Origin: Sumerlaeia bacterium | Lineage (GTDB): Bacteria > Sumerlaeota > Sumerlaeia > SLMS01 > JAHLLQ01 | Length of the DNA: 22,140 nt | Direction: 5' to 3' | Assembly: GCA_040219255.1 (NCBI GenBank) | Contig: JAVJSW010000041.1 | Coordinates: 1-22,140 of the forward strand | In this document: piece by piece, positions 8,913 to 16,097 of the stretch | Numbering within the stretch: the first letter of the stretch is position 1 | Layout: each line of letters begins with the position of its first letter | Notes under the pieces: generated by a model | Told to the model about the DNA's origin: nothing | The model's input: only the letters and a program-made list of their open reading frames with translations | Databases searched by the model: none | Program-made: the position numbers and the translations under genes

Positions 8913-9731
8913 ATGCCGCCGTCCATTGAAGCCGACTGGTGGCGCCGATTTCTGCTTTCCCGTATGGAGGCCAAGGGATGGAGCCAAGCCGACCTTTCAC
9001 GCGAGGTCGGCATTCCCGGAAGCTACATCAGCAGGTGGATTTCGCTCAGCGCCACGCCCAGCACAAAGCACTTCTACAAAGTGCTTTGTGTACTCGGTTA
9101 CGACCTGGAGGGATTCCTCGGGATTGGCTCCCCGCGAGCGGCGGCGACGGCCGCATCGGGCGAGGAGGGTGAAAGGGGCGAAGCAACCCGGGCCGTTGAG
9201 GTTGCCGGATACGTGAACGCCGACAAGGGGTTCGGGATCGAACGCGCCCCCGTTTCCTTCAGCGCCCGCCTCGACGCCGACGTGATCGTGGCCCTCCAGG
9301 AGTTCCTGGGCGGCCGCGCCGCCAAGCCCTACCTCGTTTACCTGGCTCAACAGCGGCGGGGGGAAGCGGCCACGACCCTGCTCATCGTTCGTCAGGTTGA
9401 AAAGGCCCGGGACATTCCCTCCGAATCGCTCGCCATCATTTCCGGCGTGGGCCTTGACGCCGGCGGGTCTCCGCTGCTTCGCCGGCTGACATGGGGCTTT
9501 GAACTCTCGGTTCCGAGCCGCGTGAAATCGGCTCTCATTGAGCCTCCCTTCGCCGAACCGGGCGCAGCTCCAGGCAGGCGCGTCTTCATGCGAGCCATGG
9601 ACATAAAACCCGTCGGCTATGTGGTGGCCTCTGTCGATCTCCACAGCGCCCTTGCCGCCGAGACGCCTCCCCTCGAGCGCCTTTCCCGCGCCCTGGCGGC
9701 AATCCGTGCGGCCATCGAAGAGGCCGGATAG
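8913..9731 (+). CDS. CI-like XRE-family repressor with degenerate S24-like C-terminal domain
   Basis: 272 aa from ATG 8913 (GAGGGGG SD). HTH KGWSQADLSREVGIPGSYISRW...P. The C-terminal part echoes the S24 layout (VEVAGYVNA...LLIV...LRRL...IKPVGYVV). Confidence 0.78.
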   Translation: MPPSIEADWWRRFLLSRMEAKGWSQADLSREVGIPGSYISRWISLSATPSTKHFYKVLCVLGYDLEGFLGIGSPRAAATAASGEEGERGEATRAVEVAGYVNADKGFGIERAPVSFSARLDADVIVALQEFLGGRAAKPYLVYLAQQRRGEAATTLLIVRQVEKARDIPSESLAIISGVGLDAGGSPLLRRLTWGFELSVPSRVKSALIEPPFAEPGAAPGRRVFMRAMDIKPVGYVVASVDLHSALAAETPPLERLSRALAAIRAAIEEAG

Positions 9732-11132
9732 ATGGCTACGGGTCGTATGATGCCGCACGGCAAGGCGCGCCTTTCCTTGCGTGGCCCAGGTCAGAAAGGT
9801 AAGGACCGGACTCTGGTCATGGCGCCCGATTGGGTGAAGACAAAGGAGCAGGCGGATGACCTGGCGAGGCGCCTCGACGCCGCCGCGCGCAGCGTTGAGC
9901 AGTGGGCCGACCCCTCGTCCATTCGCCTGCTGCTCGAGCACCGCGTGCTCAAGGAGGAGGAAGCGCGGCGGTGGGAGACGATGACGCCTGAGGAAGCGGC
10001 GACGCCGCCCGTCCTCACCCCTCAGGAAGCAGCTGCTGGGTGGACCGTTCGGCGAGCGATCGACGAGTTTTTCCTGGGCAACCCCCAGCTTAGCCGCACA
10101 ACGCAGAGCAGCTACTCATCTATCCTGGAGGGGTTTGCGCGGTTTTGCCGTAACGGGAAGATGCCGGTGACGGAGGCCTTCGACGGCGAGAACCTCCGCT
10201 CCTTTGCTCGATACCGGGCGGCGGTCGTAAAGGCTGACAAGCGGTCTCGAGGCGGGCAGCGAGCGCTCAACAACGACCGCCAGACACTTTCCTCTCTTGC
10301 CTCGTGGCTGGTTGGCGAGGGGGTGCTGTTCGAGAACCGTGTCCGGGCGTCGCTGGCCTACCGGCGTGAGACGAGAAAAGAGCGCACAGTCCTGACCACG
10401 GAGCAGGCGACGGCGCTGATTGCCACCGCGTCGGCTTATTCTGATCCGGCCGGCCGGTCGCGAACCGACTACGGCCTGCTGATCAGGTTCCTCCTCGAGA
10501 CAGGGCTGCGGTCCTCAGAGCTGCGCCAGCTCGATTGGAGCGACCTCAAGGGGCTCGACAATCCCGGCGGCCATACCGAAGTCGTGGTGGCGGCCAAGCC
10601 CCAGCGGGGGTGGACACCGAAGTCATACGCGGAGCGGGTGATCCCGATTTCCGAGGAGCTCGCGGTTCTGTTAGCCGAGCAGAAGAGTCGGCTACCCTCC
10701 CATTTCAGGGCCGACGAGGCGCCCGTCTTCCCCTACGGCTACAAAGCGCCGCGGCGCTACTCGGTTCTGCGCACGTTTCTCCGCACGATTTGGGAGGCCG
10801 CCTTTCCGGACAACGACCCTCCCTATGACGGGGCGCACCCGTTCCGCCATACCGCCGCGGTGCGCTGGCTCACCCCGGTGGCGAATGGAGGGGCGGGCCT
10901 TTCTGCGGTGGAGGTGAAGCGGCTGCTTGGGCATTCGAACCTCGCAACGACCAACATCTATCTTGACCACGTAGATCATCGCAGTTGGAGGGCGCAGGTG
11001 CGCTCGCGGCTCGTTGGCTTTGAGATTGGCGAGGAGGACGTAGGCCTTGGGGCGAAGCGCTTGAAGGAGGCGGAGGAGCGGCGGGAGGCTACAAGGAAAA
11101 AAGCGAAGGTAAAACGAGAAAAGGGGCTCTGA
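9732..11132 (+). CDS. int: Tyrosine recombinase/integrase of the left element
   Basis: 466 aa. TGLRSSEL (R), HPFRH (HxxR), LLGHSN..TTNIY (H, Y); ends 60 bp before the tRNA fragment. Confidence 0.93.
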   Translation: MATGRMMPHGKARLSLRGPGQKGKDRTLVMAPDWVKTKEQADDLARRLDAAARSVEQWADPSSIRLLLEHRVLKEEEARRWETMTPEEAATPPVLTPQEAAAGWTVRRAIDEFFLGNPQLSRTTQSSYSSILEGFARFCRNGKMPVTEAFDGENLRSFARYRAAVVKADKRSRGGQRALNNDRQTLSSLASWLVGEGVLFENRVRASLAYRRETRKERTVLTTEQATALIATASAYSDPAGRSRTDYGLLIRFLLETGLRSSELRQLDWSDLKGLDNPGGHTEVVVAAKPQRGWTPKSYAERVIPISEELAVLLAEQKSRLPSHFRADEAPVFPYGYKAPRRYSVLRTFLRTIWEAAFPDNDPPYDGAHPFRHTAAVRWLTPVANGGAGLSAVEVKRLLGHSNLATTNIYLDHVDHRSWRAQVRSRLVGFEIGEEDVGLGAKRLKEAEERREATRKKAKVKREKGL

Positions 11133-11184
11133 GTGTATCAAGGCGGTGTATCACGAGGGGTATAGATCATTGATTTCATTGATT
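11133..11184 (+). promoter_or_regulatory. att arm of the left element: putative integrase arm-type repeats and IHF-like site
   Basis: GTGTATCA at 11133-11140 and 11146-11153. TAGATCATTGATT (11163-11175) is one mismatch from the IHF consensus YAANNNNTTGATW. TCATTGATT is tandemly duplicated (11167-11184). Confidence 0.55.
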
Positions 11185-11191
11185 GTAATTG

Positions 11192-11239
11192 AGCTTCCCA
11201 AGCTGAGGGTCGCGAGTTCGAGCCTCGTTTCCCGCTCCA
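11192..11239 (+). other. att core: 3' fragment of tRNA-Gly(CCC), not a complete tRNA
   Basis: AGC-TTCCCAA-GCTGA (anticodon arm), GGGTC, GCGAG-TTCGAGC-CTCGT (T arm), TTCCCGC-TCCA (acceptor 3' strand plus CCA). The upstream sequence is AT-rich, with no D arm or 5' acceptor strand. Confidence 0.9.
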
Positions 11240-11278
11240 TCTAAACCCCCTAATTTCAGTACTTTGGCTGTGAATGAT

Positions 11279-11308
11279 AAAAGCCCCTGAAAGGGGGCTC
11301 TTCACTTT
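11279..11308. terminator. Probable bidirectional intrinsic terminator between the convergent integrases
   Basis: AGCCCCT-GAAA-GGGGGCT hairpin (11282-11299), preceded by an A run and followed by CTTCACTTT. Confidence 0.65.
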
Positions 11309-11338
11309 GGTCGCGGTATGGTCGGGGAAAGGTGGGGG
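11308..11338 (+). repeat. Three phased 9-bp repeats, putative arm-type sites of the second integrase
   Basis: TGGTCGCGG (11308), TGGTCGGGG (11319), AGGTGGGGG (11330), at an exact 11-bp period. Confidence 0.55.
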
Positions 11339-11347
11339 CTGACGGGA

Positions 11348-12787
11348 TCAGGAGGGCTGCGTTGTACTACCTGCCGCGACCCCTCGATCCTCTTCGTCAC
11401 CGTCCATCTTGAGCTGGATGACCGGGATGTCGGGCATCTTCGCGCCATGTGCCGCCGCGTAGTCCGGGCTGTATGCTATGTACCTCATGGTGGTCTCGAC
11501 GTCTGCGTGCCCCATCAGTGTCTTCAGCGACAAGAGATCCACCCCCGCTTTTGCCAAGGTGGTTCCGAAAGTTTCGCGCAGCGAGTGGAACACGAAGCCA
11601 AGCTTCTTGAGACCGCTGGCCTTCAGCGCCGTTTCGTATCCCTTGGGTACCTCCGTCATCGGCTGACCAGCAGGATTGGGAAAAATGAGCGGTGAGGCCA
11701 CCTGGCGGCGAAGGGAAGCGGCGACCCCCTCAGCTTTTGCGATCAGGATCTTCATCGAAGGAGGGCGGTCATACTTGTCGAGGTCAGCGGGCCTCTTCAG
11801 CTTCTTCCTTTCTTCCCCCTCTGCTTGATGCCACGCGATGAGATCAGCGAGCCGGGCCTCTGAATCCTCCAGGCGGGCTACCTGATCAGCTTTGTACTCG
11901 ATAAGGATCTTCATCAGACAGTCGTTCGTCCGGATCACACGCGCCTTGTTGTTCTTCGTGGTCCAGTCCATATGAGACTTGGGCTGGATGGTGACGATGG
12001 CCCTTTCGGTATCGAGGTCGGTCCACTCCGCGTGCATGACCTCCTCAGCTCTAGCCCCAGTATAGAGTGCATACGCAACGAAGGCGTGAACGAAAACAGG
12101 CGACGCCTCGAAACCGTTCCGGGGCACAAGGGCCTTGCAGGCAGCAAGCAAATTGCCCGCTTGCTCAACGCTCAAGGGGCGCATCCTGCCCTTGCTCGCA
12201 CGTGGCAGCTTGATCCCCTTGCAGGGATTCTCGGCCAGGTAGCCGCGCTCATATGCTTCACGCAAAACAGAGTTCAGCGCACGATACCTTCCGATACGGG
12301 TATCTGCCTTGGGTTGCTTCGCACGAGCGGAGGAGTTCACCCAGTCACGGATTTCATCGGTCGTGATCTCGCCGATCTTTCGCTTCTCTCCCTTCAAAAA
12401 GGCCACAGCGCTGTTCAAGGTAGCCGTCTTCGTAGCGAGGGAATGCGGCTTGAGATGAAGCTTGGCTTCGGCCAGATGGCGATCAACCAACTCTTTCAGG
12501 GAAGGCTCAGCCTCTGCTGCCGCCAAACGCCGCTTCCGTTCATCAGCCTCCATCTCTTCGGGCGAAGCGTACCCAGCACGCAGAGCAGGAACGACCTTGT
12601 TGTGAAAATAGCGCCGGGCGTCTTCCTTCGTGCGAAAGCCCTGCTGTGAGCATTCGCGGCGGCGACCTGAAGCAAGGGTCTCCTCTGTCAGCCAGAAGAG
12701 CCGAAACGATTCCATCCGAGTTTCCCCATTATCCCAAGTCCGCTTGATGATACGGTAGCCCTGTTCTGCCGCTCTGCGAGTCCTCAC
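11348..12787 (-). CDS. int: Tyrosine recombinase/integrase of the right element
   Basis: 479 aa. N-terminal arm-binding-like GFRTKEDA, core-binding domain ending ENPC, YTGARAEE (R), TTKN (K), FHSLR (HxxR), LMGHAD..TTMRY (H, Y). GTG overlaps the xis stop (GTGA). Confidence 0.93.
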   Translation of the reverse strand: MRTRRAAEQGYRIIKRTWDNGETRMESFRLFWLTEETLASGRRRECSQQGFRTKEDARRYFHNKVVPALRAGYASPEEMEADERKRRLAAAEAEPSLKELVDRHLAEAKLHLKPHSLATKTATLNSAVAFLKGEKRKIGEITTDEIRDWVNSSARAKQPKADTRIGRYRALNSVLREAYERGYLAENPCKGIKLPRASKGRMRPLSVEQAGNLLAACKALVPRNGFEASPVFVHAFVAYALYTGARAEEVMHAEWTDLDTERAIVTIQPKSHMDWTTKNNKARVIRTNDCLMKILIEYKADQVARLEDSEARLADLIAWHQAEGEERKKLKRPADLDKYDRPPSMKILIAKAEGVAASLRRQVASPLIFPNPAGQPMTEVPKGYETALKASGLKKLGFVFHSLRETFGTTLAKAGVDLLSLKTLMGHADVETTMRYIAYSPDYAAAHGAKMPDIPVIQLKMDGDEEDRGVAAGSTTQPS

Positions 12788-12999
12788 GAGCCTCCCTCCT
12801 CCACGCGCAGCCAGGCTCGGATGTCGTCCTCATGAATACGGATCGTCGCAGGGCCAAGGCGGATGATGTGAGGGCCCTCCCCACGGTGGATGCGATGGCG
12901 AAGTCCACGCTCGGTAAGGCCGAGCAACTCTGCGGCTTCGCGAACCGTGAATAGTTTCGCGTTCAAGTTGATGCTGGTCTGGTTGCTGTTCGTTTCCAT
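12784..12999 (-). CDS. Excisionase/AlpA-like HTH protein
   Basis: 71 aa. LFTVREAAELLGL...GP..IRLG...IRI..DIRAWL; GGAGG SD; coupled to the integrase. Confidence 0.88.
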   Translation of the reverse strand: METNSNQTSINLNAKLFTVREAAELLGLTERGLRHRIHRGEGPHIIRLGPATIRIHEDDIRAWLRVEEGGS

Positions 13000-13087
13000 A
13001 AGGTCCTCCGTGGAGCTTTCTGACGATTCCTGATCGTTCGCGAGGACTCTTGGACCACAGGTTTACTGCTGCATCTATTCGTAATTT

Positions 13088-13191
13088 CCCGGACAAAAAC
13101 TCAATTGAGGTGACCGCAGAAAACTTTCTGTCCGGGCATTTACAAGTGGAAGCGAAGTGAGACGTGCTGGAACCTCCTGAGGAACTTCGCT
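13088..13191. promoter_or_regulatory. Inverted-repeat-rich divergent control region
   Basis: CCCGGACAAAAA/TTTCTGTCCGGG (13088-13099/13125-13136, 11/12), perfect palindrome CTCAATTGAG (13100-13109), AGCGAAGT/ACTTCGCT (13151-13158/13184-13191). Confidence 0.45.
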
Positions 13192-13235
13192 CACGGTGTC
13201 GTACCGATGAGCACACTAACCTCGGAGGAAGGCAC

Positions 13236-14006
13236 ATGAAGAACGCAGCAAGTCAGACAGTCTCGGTCCAACGACAGGCGCAGATATTGAAGCAAGTCCG
13301 TGAGTTGGAAGAGTTGTTTAGGATCGGCATCACGCGCGACGTCTTTCCGCACGACATCGGGATTTTCTCCGACGAGATCAAGCCTCCCCTGGAGAATGCA
13401 GCGGAGTATGCTTACTTCAAATTTGCTCTTTCCACAATCGGTATTGAACACGATGCCATGGTGGCTGCTCACACTGAAAATAGGGACCGCTGCATCCGAG
13501 AGCGCTGCTCTCACCAGCTTGAACTTCACTTTCATAGCCTGTCGGATGAAAAGGTGCTCGTTATTTCGACGCCAGATGGCGAGGTTGTGGAAAAGCACGG
13601 CGGTGCCTATGGATACCGCCCGGATCTCGGTGTGGCCCTTCGGGCGGTCGAGATCGCGTGGATCACTCGATGCAAGGCAGGGATGGACGCTCTGCGCCTT
13701 GTACTGATGACTGATCAGACTCAAGTTCTTGACGATGACGACCACAATGAGCTCATGGAGTTTTCGCGGGGTTTCGCTATCGATTTGCGCCTGTTTTGCG
13801 TTCCGAAGGTGAAGAACGCATCTCGATGGAGTTCGGGAGGTGACCTGGTCTTTCAGGCAAACTATGCAGCTCTCATCGGAAAGCTGAAATTCATCAAAAG
13901 GGCAAATGCGCTAGTCGACCTAAAAATTGGTACGTGCTTGCAGCGGATCAGCTACTGTGGAGTCGCCCAGCCGCGCGAGGAATCATCGGTTCAGAAGGAG
14001 GGTTGA
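13236..14006 (+). CDS. Hypothetical protein
   Basis: 256 aa from ATG 13236 with GGAGG SD; ends 2 bp before the next gene; no motif recognised. Confidence 0.7.
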   Translation: MKNAASQTVSVQRQAQILKQVRELEELFRIGITRDVFPHDIGIFSDEIKPPLENAAEYAYFKFALSTIGIEHDAMVAAHTENRDRCIRERCSHQLELHFHSLSDEKVLVISTPDGEVVEKHGGAYGYRPDLGVALRAVEIAWITRCKAGMDALRLVLMTDQTQVLDDDDHNELMEFSRGFAIDLRLFCVPKVKNASRWSSGGDLVFQANYAALIGKLKFIKRANALVDLKIGTCLQRISYCGVAQPREESSVQKEG

Positions 14007-14008
14007 GA

Positions 14009-14947
14009 ATGAGAACGACTGACCGCGCACATTGCTCCATCCTTGCGGACGTATTCGCGCACCCAGGCCAGCTTGATGTCGTCGATCTGGTGACGGGTGA
14101 AGTCCGTGAGAAGGTCATGATCCTCGATCCGCTTGGCTGGGCGCAGGCCCACACTGGCGGACCTTCGGTCATGACTAAACCTGCCGCCATCTCCACATCG
14201 AGCGGGATTGTCACTTCCTATTTCCGATCTCTTACCAGGCCGCTCGACGCGAACGAAATGACGTACCATATCGCGGTGGAGTTTCGCGAACAGTTTTCAC
14301 TCCAGCCCACGGCACCCATCATCTCACTCAGTGAGATTCTTGGCGAGTTGGGAGTAGCTCACTACGTCGAAAGGTCATTCAGAATTGGGCGCTGGGTAGT
14401 ATGGATCTTCTTCCCAACCCAGGTTTCTGCATCAACTGCTCGTGACCTCGCGTATAGGCTCTACGCCACTACCCGCGACCGCAGTGTTCTCGACGATAGC
14501 ACCATGTCCGTACCCATATTGGAGGATGCTCCCGAATCTCTCCATGTTCCGTTGCACTTTGTCGGAGGTTCCTTCTTCGGGCGGCTGCATACCCTCTTCT
14601 CTGGACAACTCGAAGAAGCTGACCTCACTTGTTTCGCAACCTACGATCCCACCACCGACCATGTCGTACTCTGTCAGTATGGTGACGATAAGTACGAAGC
14701 GACTCTCCGCAACTTCGTTGAAGCGTGGTGGTCGCGACACGGGCACCGCAAGCTCCGCGCGGCTGCCCTCATGGGCCTGATGGTCTCGTCGGACATCACG
14801 TTGCCCGGGCTCGACAAGGAGCCTTCCCCCCACTCCAAGGCCATCGCCTTGGGGCGGTTACTACAAGGACTGGACGGCCAAACCATCGCCGGTCGCACTC
14901 TCCATGTCCGCCCCTCCGGAAACTCGACAGTGTACTGGCTGACGTAG
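14009..14947 (+). CDS. AEP (archaeo-eukaryotic primase)-like protein, TOTE-primase-like, apparently catalytically degenerate
   Basis: 312 aa, AAGGAGG SD. LGVAHYVERS..IG.WVVWIFF..VSA..ARDL matches the AEP motif II neighbourhood (GIPxYLERSxSGxGxHxWIFF...AxxAR), but the His and the upstream DxD (here IAVEFRE) are missing. Confidence 0.55.
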   Translation: MRTTDRAHCSILADVFAHPGQLDVVDLVTGEVREKVMILDPLGWAQAHTGGPSVMTKPAAISTSSGIVTSYFRSLTRPLDANEMTYHIAVEFREQFSLQPTAPIISLSEILGELGVAHYVERSFRIGRWVVWIFFPTQVSASTARDLAYRLYATTRDRSVLDDSTMSVPILEDAPESLHVPLHFVGGSFFGRLHTLFSGQLEEADLTCFATYDPTTDHVVLCQYGDDKYEATLRNFVEAWWSRHGHRKLRAAALMGLMVSSDITLPGLDKEPSPHSKAIALGRLLQGLDGQTIAGRTLHVRPSGNSTVYWLT

Positions 14948-14977
14948 CCAAAGAGGGAGCGTTGCCAGGGCTACAGC

Positions 14978-15107
14978 AGATGCGCTGCCCCGTCGGAAAA
15001 CGGCAGGGCAGCCCCATCTCTACCTGCCGCCTAATCGTTGGACCGGCCGGAAAGTCTTTGTAGCATCATAACTGGGGCAGCGCCGTCTCCCCTGCCTACG
15101 AGAGGGG
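14978..15107. repeat. GC-rich hairpin with a duplicated arm
   Basis: AGATG-C-GCTGCCC...GGGCAGC-CC-CATCT hairpin (14978-15019). GCGCTGCCCC (14982-14991) is also perfectly complementary to GGGGCAGCGC (15074-15083). Confidence 0.5.
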
Positions 15108-15117
15108 CGAAAGTTTA

Positions 15118-15579
15118 GTGCCATCAGGCCTCCGCGAACGCTATTGGAAGCGCGTTATCACCACCTCCTCCGACGACCTCATCGAGGACTCCTTCGTCCC
15201 CGCCCTCAAGGTGGCGAAGCAGTATGATCGTGGTGTTGGGTACTTCTCGTCGGGGTGGATACAGGCCGCCTCCGAAGGGCTCCTCGCTTTCGCGGCTAAT
15301 GGCGGTTCTGCCCGGTGGGTGACCAGCCCGATCCTCAGTCTGGCCGTCTGGGAGGCGCTACGCTCAGGGTATGAGGCATGGGCCAACGTGGCACTCCATC
15401 GGGCGCTCATGCGCAACATCGAGACGTTGGAGGCCTCGCTCCGCGCCGAAACGACCTCGAACCCCAGACGCGAAAAGTTTGCGCAACTGACGACGCCGGA
15501 AGAGAGAGCCGGACTTTATGAGGAGACCAATCGCATCGGAGAGGAGACCTTCTGGAACGAGTTTCTGATGAAGGGATAG
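15118..15579 (+). pseudogene. 5' remnant of a PLD-domain/SF2 helicase (type often found in restriction/phosphorothioation-associated loci)
   Basis: DDLIEDSFVPAL..AKQYDRGVGYFSS...GL..F..NGG..RWVTSPILS resembles the N-terminus of this family. Similarity stops near 15453, before any HKD or helicase motif. Confidence 0.65.
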
Positions 15580-15975
15580 CGTTTGGCGAAGGCAAGTCTC
15601 CACACCGAGTCTTACCTCAGGCGTGAGCGACCCGAGGCGACGGGGACCCGGGGGCGGTCATGGAGGCTTCCTTGCGGCACGTTGTCCGCCCTGTTTTTCG
15701 TCGGATATACCGATGAACAAAGAAGGATAGGAGAAAGTCCTACGGAGTATATGTCGTTACTTATGCGTCAGTTGATTCTGTTGTTGGTAGAGTTGGTGGT
15801 GGTTTCTTCTGTTTGTGTAAGTAGAACGTCCTTTCAACCGACAAGGAAAAGAGACACGTTCGCTTGCCTGTAGCGTTCTATCCCGTGCTGATCGGCGCTC
15901 GTAACTATAAGTCATCTTATGTCGAAAGAAAATAGAGCTTGAAACGGCAACACGTTCGTGCTCTGCTTCTCCCGC

Positions 15976-16090
15976 TCTCATCAAGCACTCGGTGGAGGGC
16001 AGGCAAGCGCGGTCCTCGTCGTAAGCCTGCCCTCCACATCCCGACAAAGATGAGGGCCGGGTTTTGAGAACGAGGACATGCTTGATGAGA
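15976..16090 (+). ncRNA. Predicted structured non-coding element (nested stems plus pseudoknot) upstream of the polymerase; RNA versus ssDNA role unknown
   Basis: TCTCATCAAGCA (15976-15987)/TGCTTGATGAGA (16079-16090); GTGGAGGGCAGGC (15992-16004)/GCCTGCCCTCCAC (16025-16037); loop GTCCTCGT (16012-16019)/ACGAGGAC (16070-16077). All are perfect Watson-Crick complements. Confidence 0.6.
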
Positions 16091-16097
16091 CAGCACC

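Larger units (their letters stand above)
1..11239. mobile_element. Prophage-like element, right end (continues left of the window), bounded by a tRNA-Gly att fragment
   Basis: CI/Cro-like divergent HTH pair, tyrosine integrase next to a tRNA 3' fragment, and phage-type recombination genes (Gp3-like, SbcCD, DUF1064-like, RecD2). No virion genes are visible here, so an ICE-like element is not excluded. Confidence 0.75.

Noticed and set aside
11160-11239. Complete tRNA-Gly gene
   Set aside because: There is no 5' acceptor strand or D arm and the outer anticodon stem is mismatched (TGAGC versus GCTGA); only the 3' part is present.
6688-14947. Longest-ORF starts from the track (8199, 8794, 8787, 8862, 13164, 13934)
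   Set aside because: Downstream starts (8031, 8491, 8721, 8913, 13236, 14009) have SD sequences or stop/start coupling and remove most overlaps.
15970-15977. TCCCGCTC (and TTCCCAAG at 18781-18788) as the right att of the second island
   Set aside because: 8-nt matches are expected by chance in 22 kb, and no arm repeats were seen nearby.
15992-16077. HDV-like ribozyme or a known riboswitch
   Set aside because: A pseudoknot is present, but I could not map the P3/P1.1/J4-2 elements or any riboswitch consensus by eye; an Infernal search is needed.
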